A DNA stretch of 64,000 bases from Nitrospirota bacterium (GTDB lineage: Bacteria > Nitrospirota > Nitrospiria > Nitrospirales > NS-4): assembly GCA_963788195.1 (NCBI GenBank), contig CAWBGA010000013.1, forward strand, positions 224,001 to 288,000, in the 5' to 3' direction. The notes beneath the pieces were generated by a model, which was not told the DNA's origin, searched no databases, and saw only the letters and a list, made by a program, of their open reading frames with translations. Position 1 is the stretch's first letter, and each line of letters begins with the position of its first letter. This document shows positions 20,221-30,658 of this stretch, piece after piece. The position numbers and the translations under genes are program-made.

Positions 20221-22992
20221 ATGACCGCTGAACACATTCGACTTGAGGAGTCTCGTGAGGACAAGGTTTCGTGGAAGAAGTGGGGCCCCTACCTGAGCGA
20301 ACGCCAGTGGGGCACGGTGCGGGAAGACTACAGCACCGACGGCAATGCCTGGGACTATTTCACGCACGATCAAGCCCGCTCACGGGCCTATCGCTGGGGC
20401 GAGGATGGCCTGGCGGGAATCTCCGACGACAAGCAACGGCTCTGTTTTGCGCTCGCCCTCTGGAATGGGAAGGATCCCATTTTGAAGGAACGACTCTTCG
20501 GTCTGACCAACAGCGAAGGCAATCACGGCGAGGATGTGAAGGAGTATTACTTCTACCTCGACAGTACGCCGACTCACTCCTACATGAAATATCTCTACAA
20601 GTATCCACAGGCCGCCTACCCCTACTCTAACCTGGTGGACACGAATCGAGGGCGTTCTCGGAACGAGATGGAGTATGAACTGCTCGATACCGGGGTGTTT
20701 GCTCAGGATCGCTACTTTGATGTCTTCGTGGAGTATGCCAAAGGCGGTGCTGAAGACATCCTCGTGCAGATTACGGCGGTCAACCGGGGGCCAGACAAGG
20801 CCGAGCTGCACCTGCTGCCGACCCTGTGGTTCCGCAACGACTGGGCGTCGTGGATTATTGGACCTGGTGCGAAACCGGTCCTCAAGCAGATCAAGGGACC
20901 GGCGGGCACAAGTGCGATGGTGGCGGAACATCCCATACTGGGCACGTACTCTCTGTACTGCGAAGGCGGCGTGCCGTTGCTTTTTACCGAGAACGAAACA
21001 AACAACGAGCGGCACTTTCCCGAACACCCGAACGCCAGCCCCTACGTCAAAGACGGCATCAACAACTATGTCGTACAGGGTCATAAGACAGCAGTGAACC
21101 CCGGCCACCAGGGCACCAAGAGCGCGGCGCACTACCGGCAGGTGGTGGGTCCTGGCCAGTCGATGACCGTGCGCCTGCGCCTCACCAATCAAACCCCCGC
21201 CGTCCCCTTCGGGCCGGCATTTGCCGACACCCTTGCCGCTCGCTTGCGAGAGGCGGACGAGTTCTACCGTTCCGTGACTCCGCCTTCGGTCTCACCGGAC
21301 GCGGCCAATGTCATGCGCCAGGCCCTTGCCGGCATGCTCTGGTCCAAGCAGTACTACTTCTTCGATGCAAATCGCTGGCTATTGGAACACCGGGCCCACC
21401 CCCTCCATCCCGGCAGCCGGTACTCCAGAAATTCGGAGTGGTTTCACATGGTCAACGAGGACATCATCTCGATGCCGGACAAGTGGGAGTATCCCTGGTA
21501 CGCGGCCTGGGATCTGGCCTTCCACACACTGCCGCTCGCGATCGTAGACCCCGACTTCGCGAAACAGCAGATGCAACTCATGCTCCAGGGGTTATATCTG
21601 CACCCCAACGGTCAGATGCCCGCCTACGAGTGGAACTTCAGCGACGTAAACCCTCCGGTCCACGCCTTTGCAACCTTGTTCCTCCACCGCACCGAGGAAG
21701 CGCTGCGTGGCGAGACGGACGTGGATTTCCTCAAGTCGGCGTTCAACAAGCTCTTGCTGAACTTTACCTGGTGGGTGAACCGGAAGGACCGGTTCGGCAA
21801 GAACGTGTTCGAGGGGGGATTTCTCGGTCTCGACAACATCGGCATCTTCGACCGCAGCGCCCCGCTGCCCACCGGCGGCCACCTGGAGCAGGCCGATGGC
21901 ACGGCCTGGATGGCGCTCTTCAGCCAGAACATGCTGGAGCTCGCCGTGGAGCTTGTCCCCCACGACCCCACCTACGAGGACATGGTGATAAAGTTCATTG
22001 AGCACTTCCTCTATATTGCCGCGGCCATGAACAAGCCCGGGCCGGACGGCATGTGGGACGAGGAGGACGGCTTCTACTACGACCTGCTGCGGCTTCCCGA
22101 CGGCAGCGCCCAGCGGCTCAAGGTACGCTCGATGGTGGGGCTGCTGCCCTTGTGCGCCACCACGGTAGCCGAGAAGTGGCAGCGTGAACGCATTCCAAGG
22201 TTTGCCGCTGCGATGCAGGCCCGCATGCGCCAGATGCCTGAGCTGTTCAAATTCATTCACCCCACCGGCGCCGGGCATTACGGGGTGGCGGAGCGGGGGA
22301 TCATTGCCCTGCTCAACCCGGAGCGGCTGCGACGAATCCTCTCGAAGATGCTCGACGAGAACGAGTTCCTGAGCCCCTACGGCATTCGCTCGCTCTCCAA
22401 GTTCCACGAGCGGAACCCGTATGTCTTCCACGCAGGCGGCCAGGAGTACCGGCTGGACTATCTGCCTGGTGAATCGGACAGCGGCATGTTCGGGGGCAAC
22501 TCCAACTGGCGAGGGCCGATCTGGATGCCGGTAAACGCCATGATCATCCGGGCGCTGCTCAATTTCTACCTGTACTACGGCGACAATTTCAAAATTGAAT
22601 GCCCCACGGGATCCGGCAAGATGATGAACCTCTTCGAGGTGTCCAAGGAGATCGCGGATCGGCTCACCCGGATCTTTCTGCGTGACCCTTCGACAGGCTC
22701 AGGGCAGGCTCCTTCGACAAGCTCAGGGCAGGCTGGCCGGCGACCCGTGTACGGGGGCACGGAGAAGTTCCAGACCGATCCTCACTGGCGCGATCACCTC
22801 CTTTTCTATGAATACTTCCACGGCGACAGCGGGGCGGGGCTCGGCGCGAGCCACCAAACCGGCTGGACGGGGGTGATTGCCAAGCTCATCCAGCTCGGCG
22901 GCTTGCTGGACCCGAAGCAGGCCCTTGAGGGCGGGAAACTCGCGGCCTTCCAAAAGCCGGCGGCAGCCAAGAAACCGCCGGGCAGGAAATGA
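20221..22992 (+). CDS. GH63 / MGH1-like glycoside hydrolase (glucosidase)
   Basis: WKKWGPYLSERQWGTVREDYS, SMPDKWEYPWYAAWDLAFH, FEGGFLGLDNI, GGNSNWRGPIW, EYFHGD.GAGLGASHQTGWT. Confidence 0.9.
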   Translation: MTAEHIRLEESREDKVSWKKWGPYLSERQWGTVREDYSTDGNAWDYFTHDQARSRAYRWGEDGLAGISDDKQRLCFALALWNGKDPILKERLFGLTNSEGNHGEDVKEYYFYLDSTPTHSYMKYLYKYPQAAYPYSNLVDTNRGRSRNEMEYELLDTGVFAQDRYFDVFVEYAKGGAEDILVQITAVNRGPDKAELHLLPTLWFRNDWASWIIGPGAKPVLKQIKGPAGTSAMVAEHPILGTYSLYCEGGVPLLFTENETNNERHFPEHPNASPYVKDGINNYVVQGHKTAVNPGHQGTKSAAHYRQVVGPGQSMTVRLRLTNQTPAVPFGPAFADTLAARLREADEFYRSVTPPSVSPDAANVMRQALAGMLWSKQYYFFDANRWLLEHRAHPLHPGSRYSRNSEWFHMVNEDIISMPDKWEYPWYAAWDLAFHTLPLAIVDPDFAKQQMQLMLQGLYLHPNGQMPAYEWNFSDVNPPVHAFATLFLHRTEEALRGETDVDFLKSAFNKLLLNFTWWVNRKDRFGKNVFEGGFLGLDNIGIFDRSAPLPTGGHLEQADGTAWMALFSQNMLELAVELVPHDPTYEDMVIKFIEHFLYIAAAMNKPGPDGMWDEEDGFYYDLLRLPDGSAQRLKVRSMVGLLPLCATTVAEKWQRERIPRFAAAMQARMRQMPELFKFIHPTGAGHYGVAERGIIALLNPERLRRILSKMLDENEFLSPYGIRSLSKFHERNPYVFHAGGQEYRLDYLPGESDSGMFGGNSNWRGPIWMPVNAMIIRALLNFYLYYGDNFKIECPTGSGKMMNLFEVSKEIADRLTRIFLRDPSTGSGQAPSTSSGQAGRRPVYGGTEKFQTDPHWRDHLLFYEYFHGDSGAGLGASHQTGWTGVIAKLIQLGGLLDPKQALEGGKLAAFQKPAAAKKPPGRK
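22687..22734 (+). repeat. Two tandem 24-bp REP-like units inserted in-frame in the GH63 gene
   Basis: CCTTCGACAGGCTCAGGGCAGGCT-CCTTCGACAAGCTCAGGGCAGGCT, encoding PSTGSGQA-PSTSSGQA. Confidence 0.85.
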
Positions 22993-23070
22993 TGGTAACG
23001 GGCACGGCCGGTGTACCCTCTCCTCTTCTATGAATACTTCCACGGCGACAGTGGGGCAGGCTTGGGTGCG
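22991..23070 (+). pseudogene. Remnant of a second GH63 paralogue 3' region
   Basis: DGNG..RPVY followed by LLFYEYFHGDSGAGLGA; the latter segment differs from 22798-22848 only at synonymous positions. Confidence 0.75.
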
Positions 23071-23101
23071 CCTTTAAGGCCGGCGCACCGCACGTGAAAT
23101 C

Positions 23102-24585
23102 GTGAAGGCCTGGCCCGCGCATCCCCTGCTCTATCAGATCAATACCCGGGTTTGGTTGACGGAATTATCAGAAAAGTTGGGCCGACCAGCGACGTTGGAG
23201 GACATTTCCGACACCGAGTTGGATCGCCTGGCAGCGAAGGGGTTTAACTGGATCTGGTTTTTGAGCGTTTGGCAGACGGGGGTCGCCGGACAACGAGTCT
23301 CGCGTGCCAATCCTGAATGGCGGAGAGAATTTCAGGAGACCCTGCCGGATTTGACAGACGCAGACATCCCTGGATCCGGGTTTGCGATCACGGGTTACTC
23401 TGTTCATCCCGCATTGGGAGGTGATGCGGCGCTCGCGCGGTTACGTGAGCGTCTCCGCAATCGAGGCCTCCGGTTGATGCTCGATTTCGTCCCCAACCAC
23501 ACCGGCCTGGATCATCCTTGGGTGGAAGACCATCCCGAGTATTACATTTCTGGAACCGAACTCGATCTCGCGCGCGCCCCGCAAAACTATACATGGACCA
23601 AATGCAAAGGTCGCGACATGTTGCTCGCCCACGGACGAGATCCGTATTTCCCCGGCTGGCCGGATACGCTGCAGCTCAACTACGGCAATCCGCCACGCAA
23701 GACGCGATGATCGGAGAATTGCTGAAGATCGCCGGGCAATGTGACGGCGTGCGATGTGACATGGCGATGCTCGTCCTACCCGAGGTTTTCGAACAGACGT
23801 GGGGTCTCAAGGCAGATCCGTTCTGGCCCAAGGCAATTCAGCGCGTGAGGGAACGAGTTCCGGGTTTCTGCTTGATGGCTGAGGTCTACTGGGACTTGGA
23901 ATGGACGCTGCAGCAACAGGGATTTGATTACACATACGACAAGCGGCTATATGACCGTCTTCGCGAGAGCCATGCCAGGCCGGTGCGCGACCATTTGCGC
24001 GCCGAGCTCGACTACCAGAAGAAGATGGCCCGGTTCCTGGAAAACCATGACGAGCCCAGGGCGGCCGCAACATTCCCTCCCGGCATGCATGAGGCTGCGG
24101 CTGTCATCACGTTCTTGTCCGCTGGACTGCGCTTTTTCCATCAAGGGCAGTTTGAAGGCCGGAGGAAACGTATCTCGCCTCATCTGGTTCGCGCGCCACA
24201 TGAGCCGATCGACGAAGCACGTCACGAGTTCTACGAGCGTCTCCTCGCGGTGCTCCGGCAGCGGACGGTTCGAGACGGCCAGTGGCACTTGCTCGAGTGT
24301 GTGCCGGCATGGGATGGCAATGGGACATCGGATTCTTTCCTGGCGTTTGCCTGGCAAGGCCCCGGTGAGGAGCGGCTGCTGGTCACGGTAAACTACGCGG
24401 CCAACCAGAGCCAGTGTTACGTGCGTCTCCCCTTCCCCCATCTTGCCGGCCGCAGGGGGCGATTCAAGGATCTCATGAGTGCAGCCTCCTATGAACGCCA
24501 TGGGGACGAACTCCTGTCACGAGGCCTCTATCTCGACATGCCGGCTTGGGGCTATCACGTCTTCGAGGTGAGCATCGGGACCTGA
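23102..24585 (+). CDS. Alpha-amylase family (GH13) glycosyl hydrolase (frameshift near 23692)
   Basis: LYQINTRVW, LMLDFVPNH, DGVRCDMAML, AEVYW, RFLENHDEPR. Confidence 0.88.
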
Positions 24586-24594
24586 TTGGCAAAC

Positions 24595-24812
24595 ATGGTT
24601 TCTCCCAAGAGACTTCAGTTGCTTTGGTTCTTTTTCAGTGTGATCATCCTTGCGGGCTGTGGGGAATTAGCCATACAGGATACAGCGAGTCTGTTAGTCC
24701 CCAGCTTTCGAAGGTCTGAAGTCGTCGGCTTTGTGGCGGGATTAGGAACGACCTTTGCCGCCCTGCCGGATTTGATCGGGATACCGTAATCCTTTGGAAT
24801 ATCATCGCGGTG
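24595..24812 (+). pseudogene. SemiSWEET/PQ-loop sugar transporter-like gene with an internal deletion
   Basis: EVVGFVAGLGTTFAALPDLI (helix 1) runs almost directly into out-of-frame VILWNIIAV (helix 3); the middle helix is missing. Confidence 0.6.
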
Positions 24813-24822
24813 GCGACGAGTT

Positions 24823-24976
24823 GATCGAACCTGTCACTTTTGACAGTTTCTCTTTCCCCCGCCTTTCTATATAAGAACGATCAATCGGCTCCGCTCTATG
24901 CGCCGAACGCGAAGGTGTCGCAATGGCGGCCTACTCTCCCCGCCGGCGAAGCGGGTCGATTAATATAGGGTGTTTC
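24823..24976 (+). repeat. ~150-bp dispersed repeat copy 1: lux-box-like site, -10 and structured leader
   Basis: Near-identical to 45030-45182; contains ACCTGTCACTTTTGACAGTT and TATAAG 23 nt after the core. Confidence 0.9.
24883..24961 (+). ncRNA. Candidate structured RNA (three-way junction), copy 1; family not recognised
   Basis: P1 AATCGGCTCCGCT/AGCGGGTCGATT, P2 GCGCC/GGTGT, P3 GGCGG/CCGCC; begins at the predicted +1. Confidence 0.5.
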
Positions 24977-25013
24977 GGCGAACAGCATCTCTCAAATCGG
25001 AAGCTAATCCCCC

Positions 25014-25598
25014 ATGGCTGCGCCGGCACAACAGGTGTTCATTGTGCGTCACGGTGAAACCGAGTGGAGTCTCAGCGGACAACACACCGGAACCACCGAC
25101 ATCCCGCTGACGGAACACGGCCGGCAAGTGGCCAGACTACTGCAACCGATCCTGGCGAAGGAATCGTTCGCGCTGGCCCTGACCAGTCCCCTGCAGCGAG
25201 CCCAGGAGACCTGCCGGCTGACCGGTTTCGGGGACGTGGCAACCGTCGAGCCTGACCTGGTGGAGTGGAACTACGGGCGCTATGAGGGATTGACGCCCGG
25301 CCAGATCCATGCCACGGCTCCGGGCTGGCTGATTTTTCGAGATGGCTGCCCGGGCGGAGAGCAGCCAGAAGAGATCGGAGCGCGGGTCGATCGCGTGATT
25401 GCAAAAGTGCGCGCCGTCGAAGGCAATGTCGCATTGTTCGCCCATGGGCACGTGTTCAGAGTCCTCGCCGCTCGTTGGCTGGGCTTTCCCCCTTTGGCCG
25501 GACAGCATTTTCTGCTCGATACGGCGACTATGACCATCCTGAGTTACTATCGCGGTGTCCCGGCGATCAAGCAGTGGAACGCGCCGGTTCAGCTCTGA
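25014..25598 (+). CDS. Histidine phosphatase / phosphoglycerate mutase family protein
   Basis: RHGETEW, SPLQRA.ET, L.EW.YG.YEG, FAHGH. Confidence 0.9.
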   Translation: MAAPAQQVFIVRHGETEWSLSGQHTGTTDIPLTEHGRQVARLLQPILAKESFALALTSPLQRAQETCRLTGFGDVATVEPDLVEWNYGRYEGLTPGQIHATAPGWLIFRDGCPGGEQPEEIGARVDRVIAKVRAVEGNVALFAHGHVFRVLAARWLGFPPLAGQHFLLDTATMTILSYYRGVPAIKQWNAPVQL

Positions 25599-25736
25599 GC
25601 GACATGTTCAAAAATCTTCAGGCCAAAGTAAATAAGCAGGAATGTGCCGGGAACTGCCCACCTACGTCGTCCATCTAACGAAACTCAAAAGCCACGTGAG
25701 ACTGAACCGGCCGAGAACGAAGGGGAGAACGAGGAC

Positions 25737-26804
25737 ATGAGTGAGCGAAATCTGGATGGCACGGCGATGGCGCTGGTCGCTGAGGGCAAGGGCATTCTGG
25801 CAGCGGACGAGACGGTTCCTACGCTCACCAAGCGCTTCGCCGCGCTCAAGATCGAGTCGACGGAAGACAGCCGCCGCGCCTACCGTGAAATGTTCTTTAC
25901 GACGCCGGATGTTGCCGAGTTTATCAGCGGCGTGATCCTGCAAGACGAAACCATCCGGCAGAAGAATGCTTCGGGCATACCGTTGGCCGAGGTATTGTCC
26001 AAGCAAGGAATCATCCCGGGCATCAAAGTGGATAGCGGAGCGAAGGTGCTTGCCGGTTCGCCGGAAGAAAAAATGACCGAAGGACTCGATGGACTCAGAG
26101 ACCGTCTGAAGGAATATGCGGCGATGGGCGCGCGATTCGCCAAGTGGCGGGCGGTGATTCGTATCACTGATGCATTGCCCAGCCGGATGTGTGTCAGTGT
26201 GAACGCCCACGCGCTGGCCCGTTATGCTGCCCTGTGCCAGGAGCAAGGCATCGTCCCGATTGTGGAGCCAGAGGTTCTGATGGACGGTTCTCACACGATC
26301 GAACGCTGCGAAGAGGTCACCAGTTCGGTGCTTCACGCGGTCTTTGATGCGCTCTTCGAGCAAAGTATCAGGCTGGAAGGGATGCTCCTCAAGCCGAACA
26401 TGGTGATCTCGGGCAAGGAATGCAGTCGTAAAGCCTCGGTCGAAGAAGTAGCAACCGCGACGTTGCGGTGTTTGCGCCGCCATGTGCCGGCTTCGGTCCC
26501 CGGCATCGTCTTTCTGTCCGGTGGGCAAAGCGACGTCCTCGCCACAGCCCATTTGAATGCGATCAACAAGCTCGATTTGCCGAAGCCGTGGACGATCAGT
26601 TTTTCCTACGGGCGGGCGCTTCAGGATCCAGCGATTGAAGCCTGGCACGGCAAACAACAAAATCTGAAAACAGGCCAGCAAGCCTTCTCTCACCGGGCGA
26701 AATGCAACAGTGCTGCCGCTGTTGGCAAATATACCAATGCATTGGAAGGCAAGAAGTCGGGTGCGGAGGCAGGCGCGCATCGCTCGGACTGGCACGATGA
26801 CTGA
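25737..26804 (+). CDS. Class I fructose-bisphosphate aldolase (eukaryote-like glycolytic type)
   Basis: GKGILAADE, PGIKVD.G, TEGLDGL, FAKWRAV, PIVEPEVL.DG, LLKPNMV, FLSGGQS, FSYGRALQ. Confidence 0.93.
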   Translation: MSERNLDGTAMALVAEGKGILAADETVPTLTKRFAALKIESTEDSRRAYREMFFTTPDVAEFISGVILQDETIRQKNASGIPLAEVLSKQGIIPGIKVDSGAKVLAGSPEEKMTEGLDGLRDRLKEYAAMGARFAKWRAVIRITDALPSRMCVSVNAHALARYAALCQEQGIVPIVEPEVLMDGSHTIERCEEVTSSVLHAVFDALFEQSIRLEGMLLKPNMVISGKECSRKASVEEVATATLRCLRRHVPASVPGIVFLSGGQSDVLATAHLNAINKLDLPKPWTISFSYGRALQDPAIEAWHGKQQNLKTGQQAFSHRAKCNSAAAVGKYTNALEGKKSGAEAGAHRSDWHDD

Positions 26805-26841
26805 AACACCCTGGCGCATGCCGTGAGACTTCAGCGCTGAC

Positions 26842-28071
26842 ATGCAGGTGCTGGTGATCAACAGCGGGAGCTCGTCGATTAAATTTCGGCTCGTGGACGT
26901 GGTTGAGGAGGCGAGGGGAGTACTGACAAGTCGGCCGGCGTTACTCCAAGGAGCTGTCAAAGGCATCGGGGGGGGCGCAAGCTTCGAGGTGACAGGACAG
27001 GACAGCCACCGTTCGACCACGACATTGGAGATTCGCGACCATGCGCATGCATTGCGCGTTGTGTTTGATCGTCTGGCCGGTTCTCTCGGCAACATCGAGG
27101 CGGTCGGGCATCGGGTAGTGCATGGAGGAAATCGGTACGTGGAGCCTACGTTGATTACTGAAGAGGTTGAGGCAGGCATCGACGCTCTGTCCGAATTGGC
27201 GCCGCTGCACAATCCCTCGGGTCTTGCAGGGATTCGCGGGGCCAAGGCGGCCTTGGGCCGCTCGGTACCGATGGTGGCGGTGTTCGACACGGCTTTTCAC
27301 CAAACCATGCCCGAGGTCGCCAAACAGTATGCGCTTCCCGCGGAACTGGCCAATCGACATCGTATCCAACGCTATGGTTTTCACGGGATTGCCCATGCCT
27401 CGCTTGCGAACGGTTACGCGGCCTGCACAGGGAATTCGTTGGAACAGGTGCGTCTGATCACCCTGCAGTTGGGCAATGGCTGCTCCGTCGCTGCAATCGC
27501 GCGAGGCCGTTCGGTCGAAACCTCGATGGGATTCACGCCCCTGGAAGGGCTGGTCATGGGAACGCGTTCGGGCGATGTGGATGCCTCCATTGTCAGCTAC
27601 CTGTCCGAGCGGGAGAAGGTCGAACCTGCTGAAGTCGAGCGGTGGCTCAACGAGCGGTCTGGCCTCCTCGGACTGTCGGGCCGGTCAAACGACATGCGGG
27701 AGTTGCTCCGTGCAGCCGAACAGGAACAGGACAAACGGGCGCAGTTCGCCATTGAGTTGTTCTGCTATCGGGTGCGCAAGTATCTCGGGGCCTACCTTGC
27801 CGTGTTAAATGGCGCCGATGCCATCGTGTTCGGAGGCGGGATTGGGGAAAACGCACCGGAGATTCGTGAGCGAATTTGCCAGGGCATGGAGTGGTGCGGT
27901 CTGAAGCTTAAGCCTGACCGCAATCGAGCAGCGGTGGGACTGGCGCCGGGCCGTGCTGTAAAGATCAGCACAGATGAATCGCGCTTGGCGGCCTACGTGG
28001 TCGCGGCGGATGAGGAAACCTGGATCGCCAACGAGACTGTCCGGTGCGTGCGCGGCGTATGTTCAAGCTGA
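26842..28071 (+). CDS. ackA: Acetate kinase
   Basis: [64 protein letters not shown]. Confidence 0.95.
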   Translation: MQVLVINSGSSSIKFRLVDVVEEARGVLTSRPALLQGAVKGIGGGASFEVTGQDSHRSTTTLEIRDHAHALRVVFDRLAGSLGNIEAVGHRVVHGGNRYVEPTLITEEVEAGIDALSELAPLHNPSGLAGIRGAKAALGRSVPMVAVFDTAFHQTMPEVAKQYALPAELANRHRIQRYGFHGIAHASLANGYAACTGNSLEQVRLITLQLGNGCSVAAIARGRSVETSMGFTPLEGLVMGTRSGDVDASIVSYLSEREKVEPAEVERWLNERSGLLGLSGRSNDMRELLRAAEQEQDKRAQFAIELFCYRVRKYLGAYLAVLNGADAIVFGGGIGENAPEIRERICQGMEWCGLKLKPDRNRAAVGLAPGRAVKISTDESRLAAYVVAADEETWIANETVRCVRGVCSS

Positions 28072-28120
28072 CAGCGTTAGAGAACAATTGAGCGCGGGTC
28101 GTAACCCAGAAGGAGAGATC

Positions 28121-30530
28121 ATGGGAAATTCATTGTCGCAGAAGGAACTGAAATTGATCGACGCCTACTGGCGCGCGGCGAACTATCTTTCGGTGGGGCA
28201 GATCTACATGTACGACAATCCCCTGCTGAAAAAGCCGTTGAAGAAAGAACACGTGAAACCCCGCCTGCTCGGTCATTGGGGGACCACCCCCGGGCTGAAT
28301 TTTATCTATGCCCATTTGAATCGAGTGATCAAGCAACGGGATCTCAACATGATCTACATTATCGGTCCCGGCCACGGCGGTCCCGGCATCGTCGCCAATG
28401 CGTACATGGAAGGAACCTACTCCGAGGTCTATCCGGACATCGCACAGGACGAAGAGGGCATGAAGCGGTTGTTCAAGCAGTTCTCGTTTCCCGGAGGCAT
28501 TCCCAGCCACGTGGCGCCCGAAACCCCCGGCTCGATTCACGAAGGCGGTGAATTGGGCTACGCCGTGTCACACGCATACGGGGCTGCGTACGACAATCCC
28601 GACTTGATCGTTTCCTGTGTCGTCGGCGATGGTGAGGCGGAAACGGGCCCGCTGGCAACCTCCTGGCACTCCAACAAGTTTCTCAATCCCCTCTCTGACG
28701 GTGTGGTGCTCCCGATCCTGCACCTGAACGGATACAAGATCGCGAACCCTTGCGTGCTGGCCCGCATCAGTCATCAAGAATTGGATCAGCTTTTCCGCGG
28801 CTACGGCTACACGCCCCACTTTGTCGAGGGCAGTGATCCGGAGAAGATGCACCAACTGATGGCTACCACACTCGACAACATCCTCGAGGATATTCACCGC
28901 ATCAAGGCTGACGCCCGCCGTACCGGCGGCAAGAAGCGACCGCTCTGGCCGATGATCATTCTCCGTTCACCCAAGGGATGGACCTGTCCGAAGGAGATTG
29001 ACGGCAAACGGACCGAGGACTACTGGCGGAGCCACCAGGTGCCGATGGGTGAAATGCACGAAAAACCCGCGCATATCAAGATCCTCGAAAAATGGATGAA
29101 GAGTTACAAGCCGGAGGAGCTGTTCGACAAGAACGGCCGGTTGAAACCCGAACTCGCCGATCTGCCGCCGAAGGGCAGCCGTCGCATGAGCGCCAATCCG
29201 CACGCCAACGGTGGCCTGCTGCTCAGGGATCTACGTCTGCCGGACTTCCGCGATTATGCCGTGAAGGTGACAAAGCCCGGCGCCATCTCGGCAGAATCCA
29301 CCCGCCTGATGGGGAAATTCCTGCGGGACACGATGAAGCTGAACATGGAGAGTCGAGAATTTCCGTCTGTTCAGTCCGGATGAGAACAACTCGAACCGCT
29401 GGCAGGATGCGATGGAGGTCACCAACCGCGCCTGGATGGCGGACCGCTACCCGTACGACGACCATTTGGCGCCGGACGGACGCGTGATGGAAATGCTCAG
29501 CGAACACCAGTGCCAGGGGTGGCTGGAAGGGTATCTCTTGACCGGCCGGCACGGATTCTTTTCCTGCTATGAGGCGTTCATCCACATCATCGACTCGATG
29601 TTCAATCAGCACGCCAAGTGGCTGAAGGTGTGCCACGAGATACCTTGGCGGCGCCCGATCGCCTCGCTCAATTATCTCTTGTCGTCCCACGTCTGGCGGC
29701 AGGATCACAACGGATTCAGCCACCAGGACCCCGGGTTCATCGATCACGTTATAAACAAGAAAGCAGATGTCGTCCGCGTGTATCTTCCGCCGGACGGGAA
29801 CACGCTCCTGTCTGTGACCGATCACTGCCTGCGCAGCCGCAACTATGTGAACGTCATCGTCGCGGGCAAACAACCGGCCCCCCAATGGTTGACGATGGAT
29901 CAGGCGATCAAACATTGCACGGCGGGCATCGGAATCTGGGAATGGGCCAGCAACGACAAGGGAAGCGAGCCTGATGTGGTGATGGCTTGCTGCGGTGACG
30001 TGCCCACGCTGGAGACGTTGGCCGCCGTGGATCTTTTTCGGCAGCACCTCCCGGCGTTGAAGATCCGGGTCATCAACGTCGTCAACTTGATGAAACTGCA
30101 GCCGCAGAGCGAACACCCGCATGGCCTGTCGGACCCGGACTTCGATGCGCTCTTCACCAAAGACAAGCCGATCGTGTTCGCCTTCCACGGCTACCCGTGG
30201 TTGATCCATCGACTCACGTACCGGCGGACAAACCACAAGAACCTGCACGTGCGCGGCTACAAGGAAGAAGGCACGACGAGCACGCCGTTCGACATGGTGG
30301 TGATGAACGATCTCGATCGGTTTCACCTCTTCGGCGACGTCATTGATCGGTTGCCGCAACTCGGGTCCCGCGCCGCCTATGCCAAGCAAGCGATAGGTGA
30401 GAAGCTGCTTGAGCACAAGCAATACATCTGCAAGTACGGTGAGGACATGCCCGAGATCACTGACTGGCAATGGGGTCAAAGAAAAGTGGAGACGAGACGG
30501 AGGACCTCGACCGAAGGCGACAACGTGTGA
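28121..30530 (+). CDS. xfp: Xylulose-5-phosphate/fructose-6-phosphate phosphoketolase (frameshift near 29350)
   Basis: [68 protein letters not shown]. Confidence 0.95.
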
Positions 30531-30658
30531 TGCGGAAGCAGCCATCGGTGCACAGCGTGTCGTCCTGAGAGCGAAGACATTGTCTACATGATGGGAGCGG
30601 GAGAAGGAAACCATGTCGGCGAAGAAACCGCTTCCTTGAACCGCTAGGCGGAGGGTGT

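Noticed and set aside
24840..24875. TTGACA inside the palindromes as ordinary -35 boxes
   Set aside because: The distance to the -10-like hexamer would be 24 nt rather than ~17, and the 6286 site lacks TTGACA yet keeps the same geometry.
25662..27290. Long antisense ORFs (e.g. 25662-27290, 29223-30614, 31742-32950, 49509-50591)
   Set aside because: They are shadows of well-supported genes on the opposite strand, expected in GC-rich DNA, and show no recognisable motifs.
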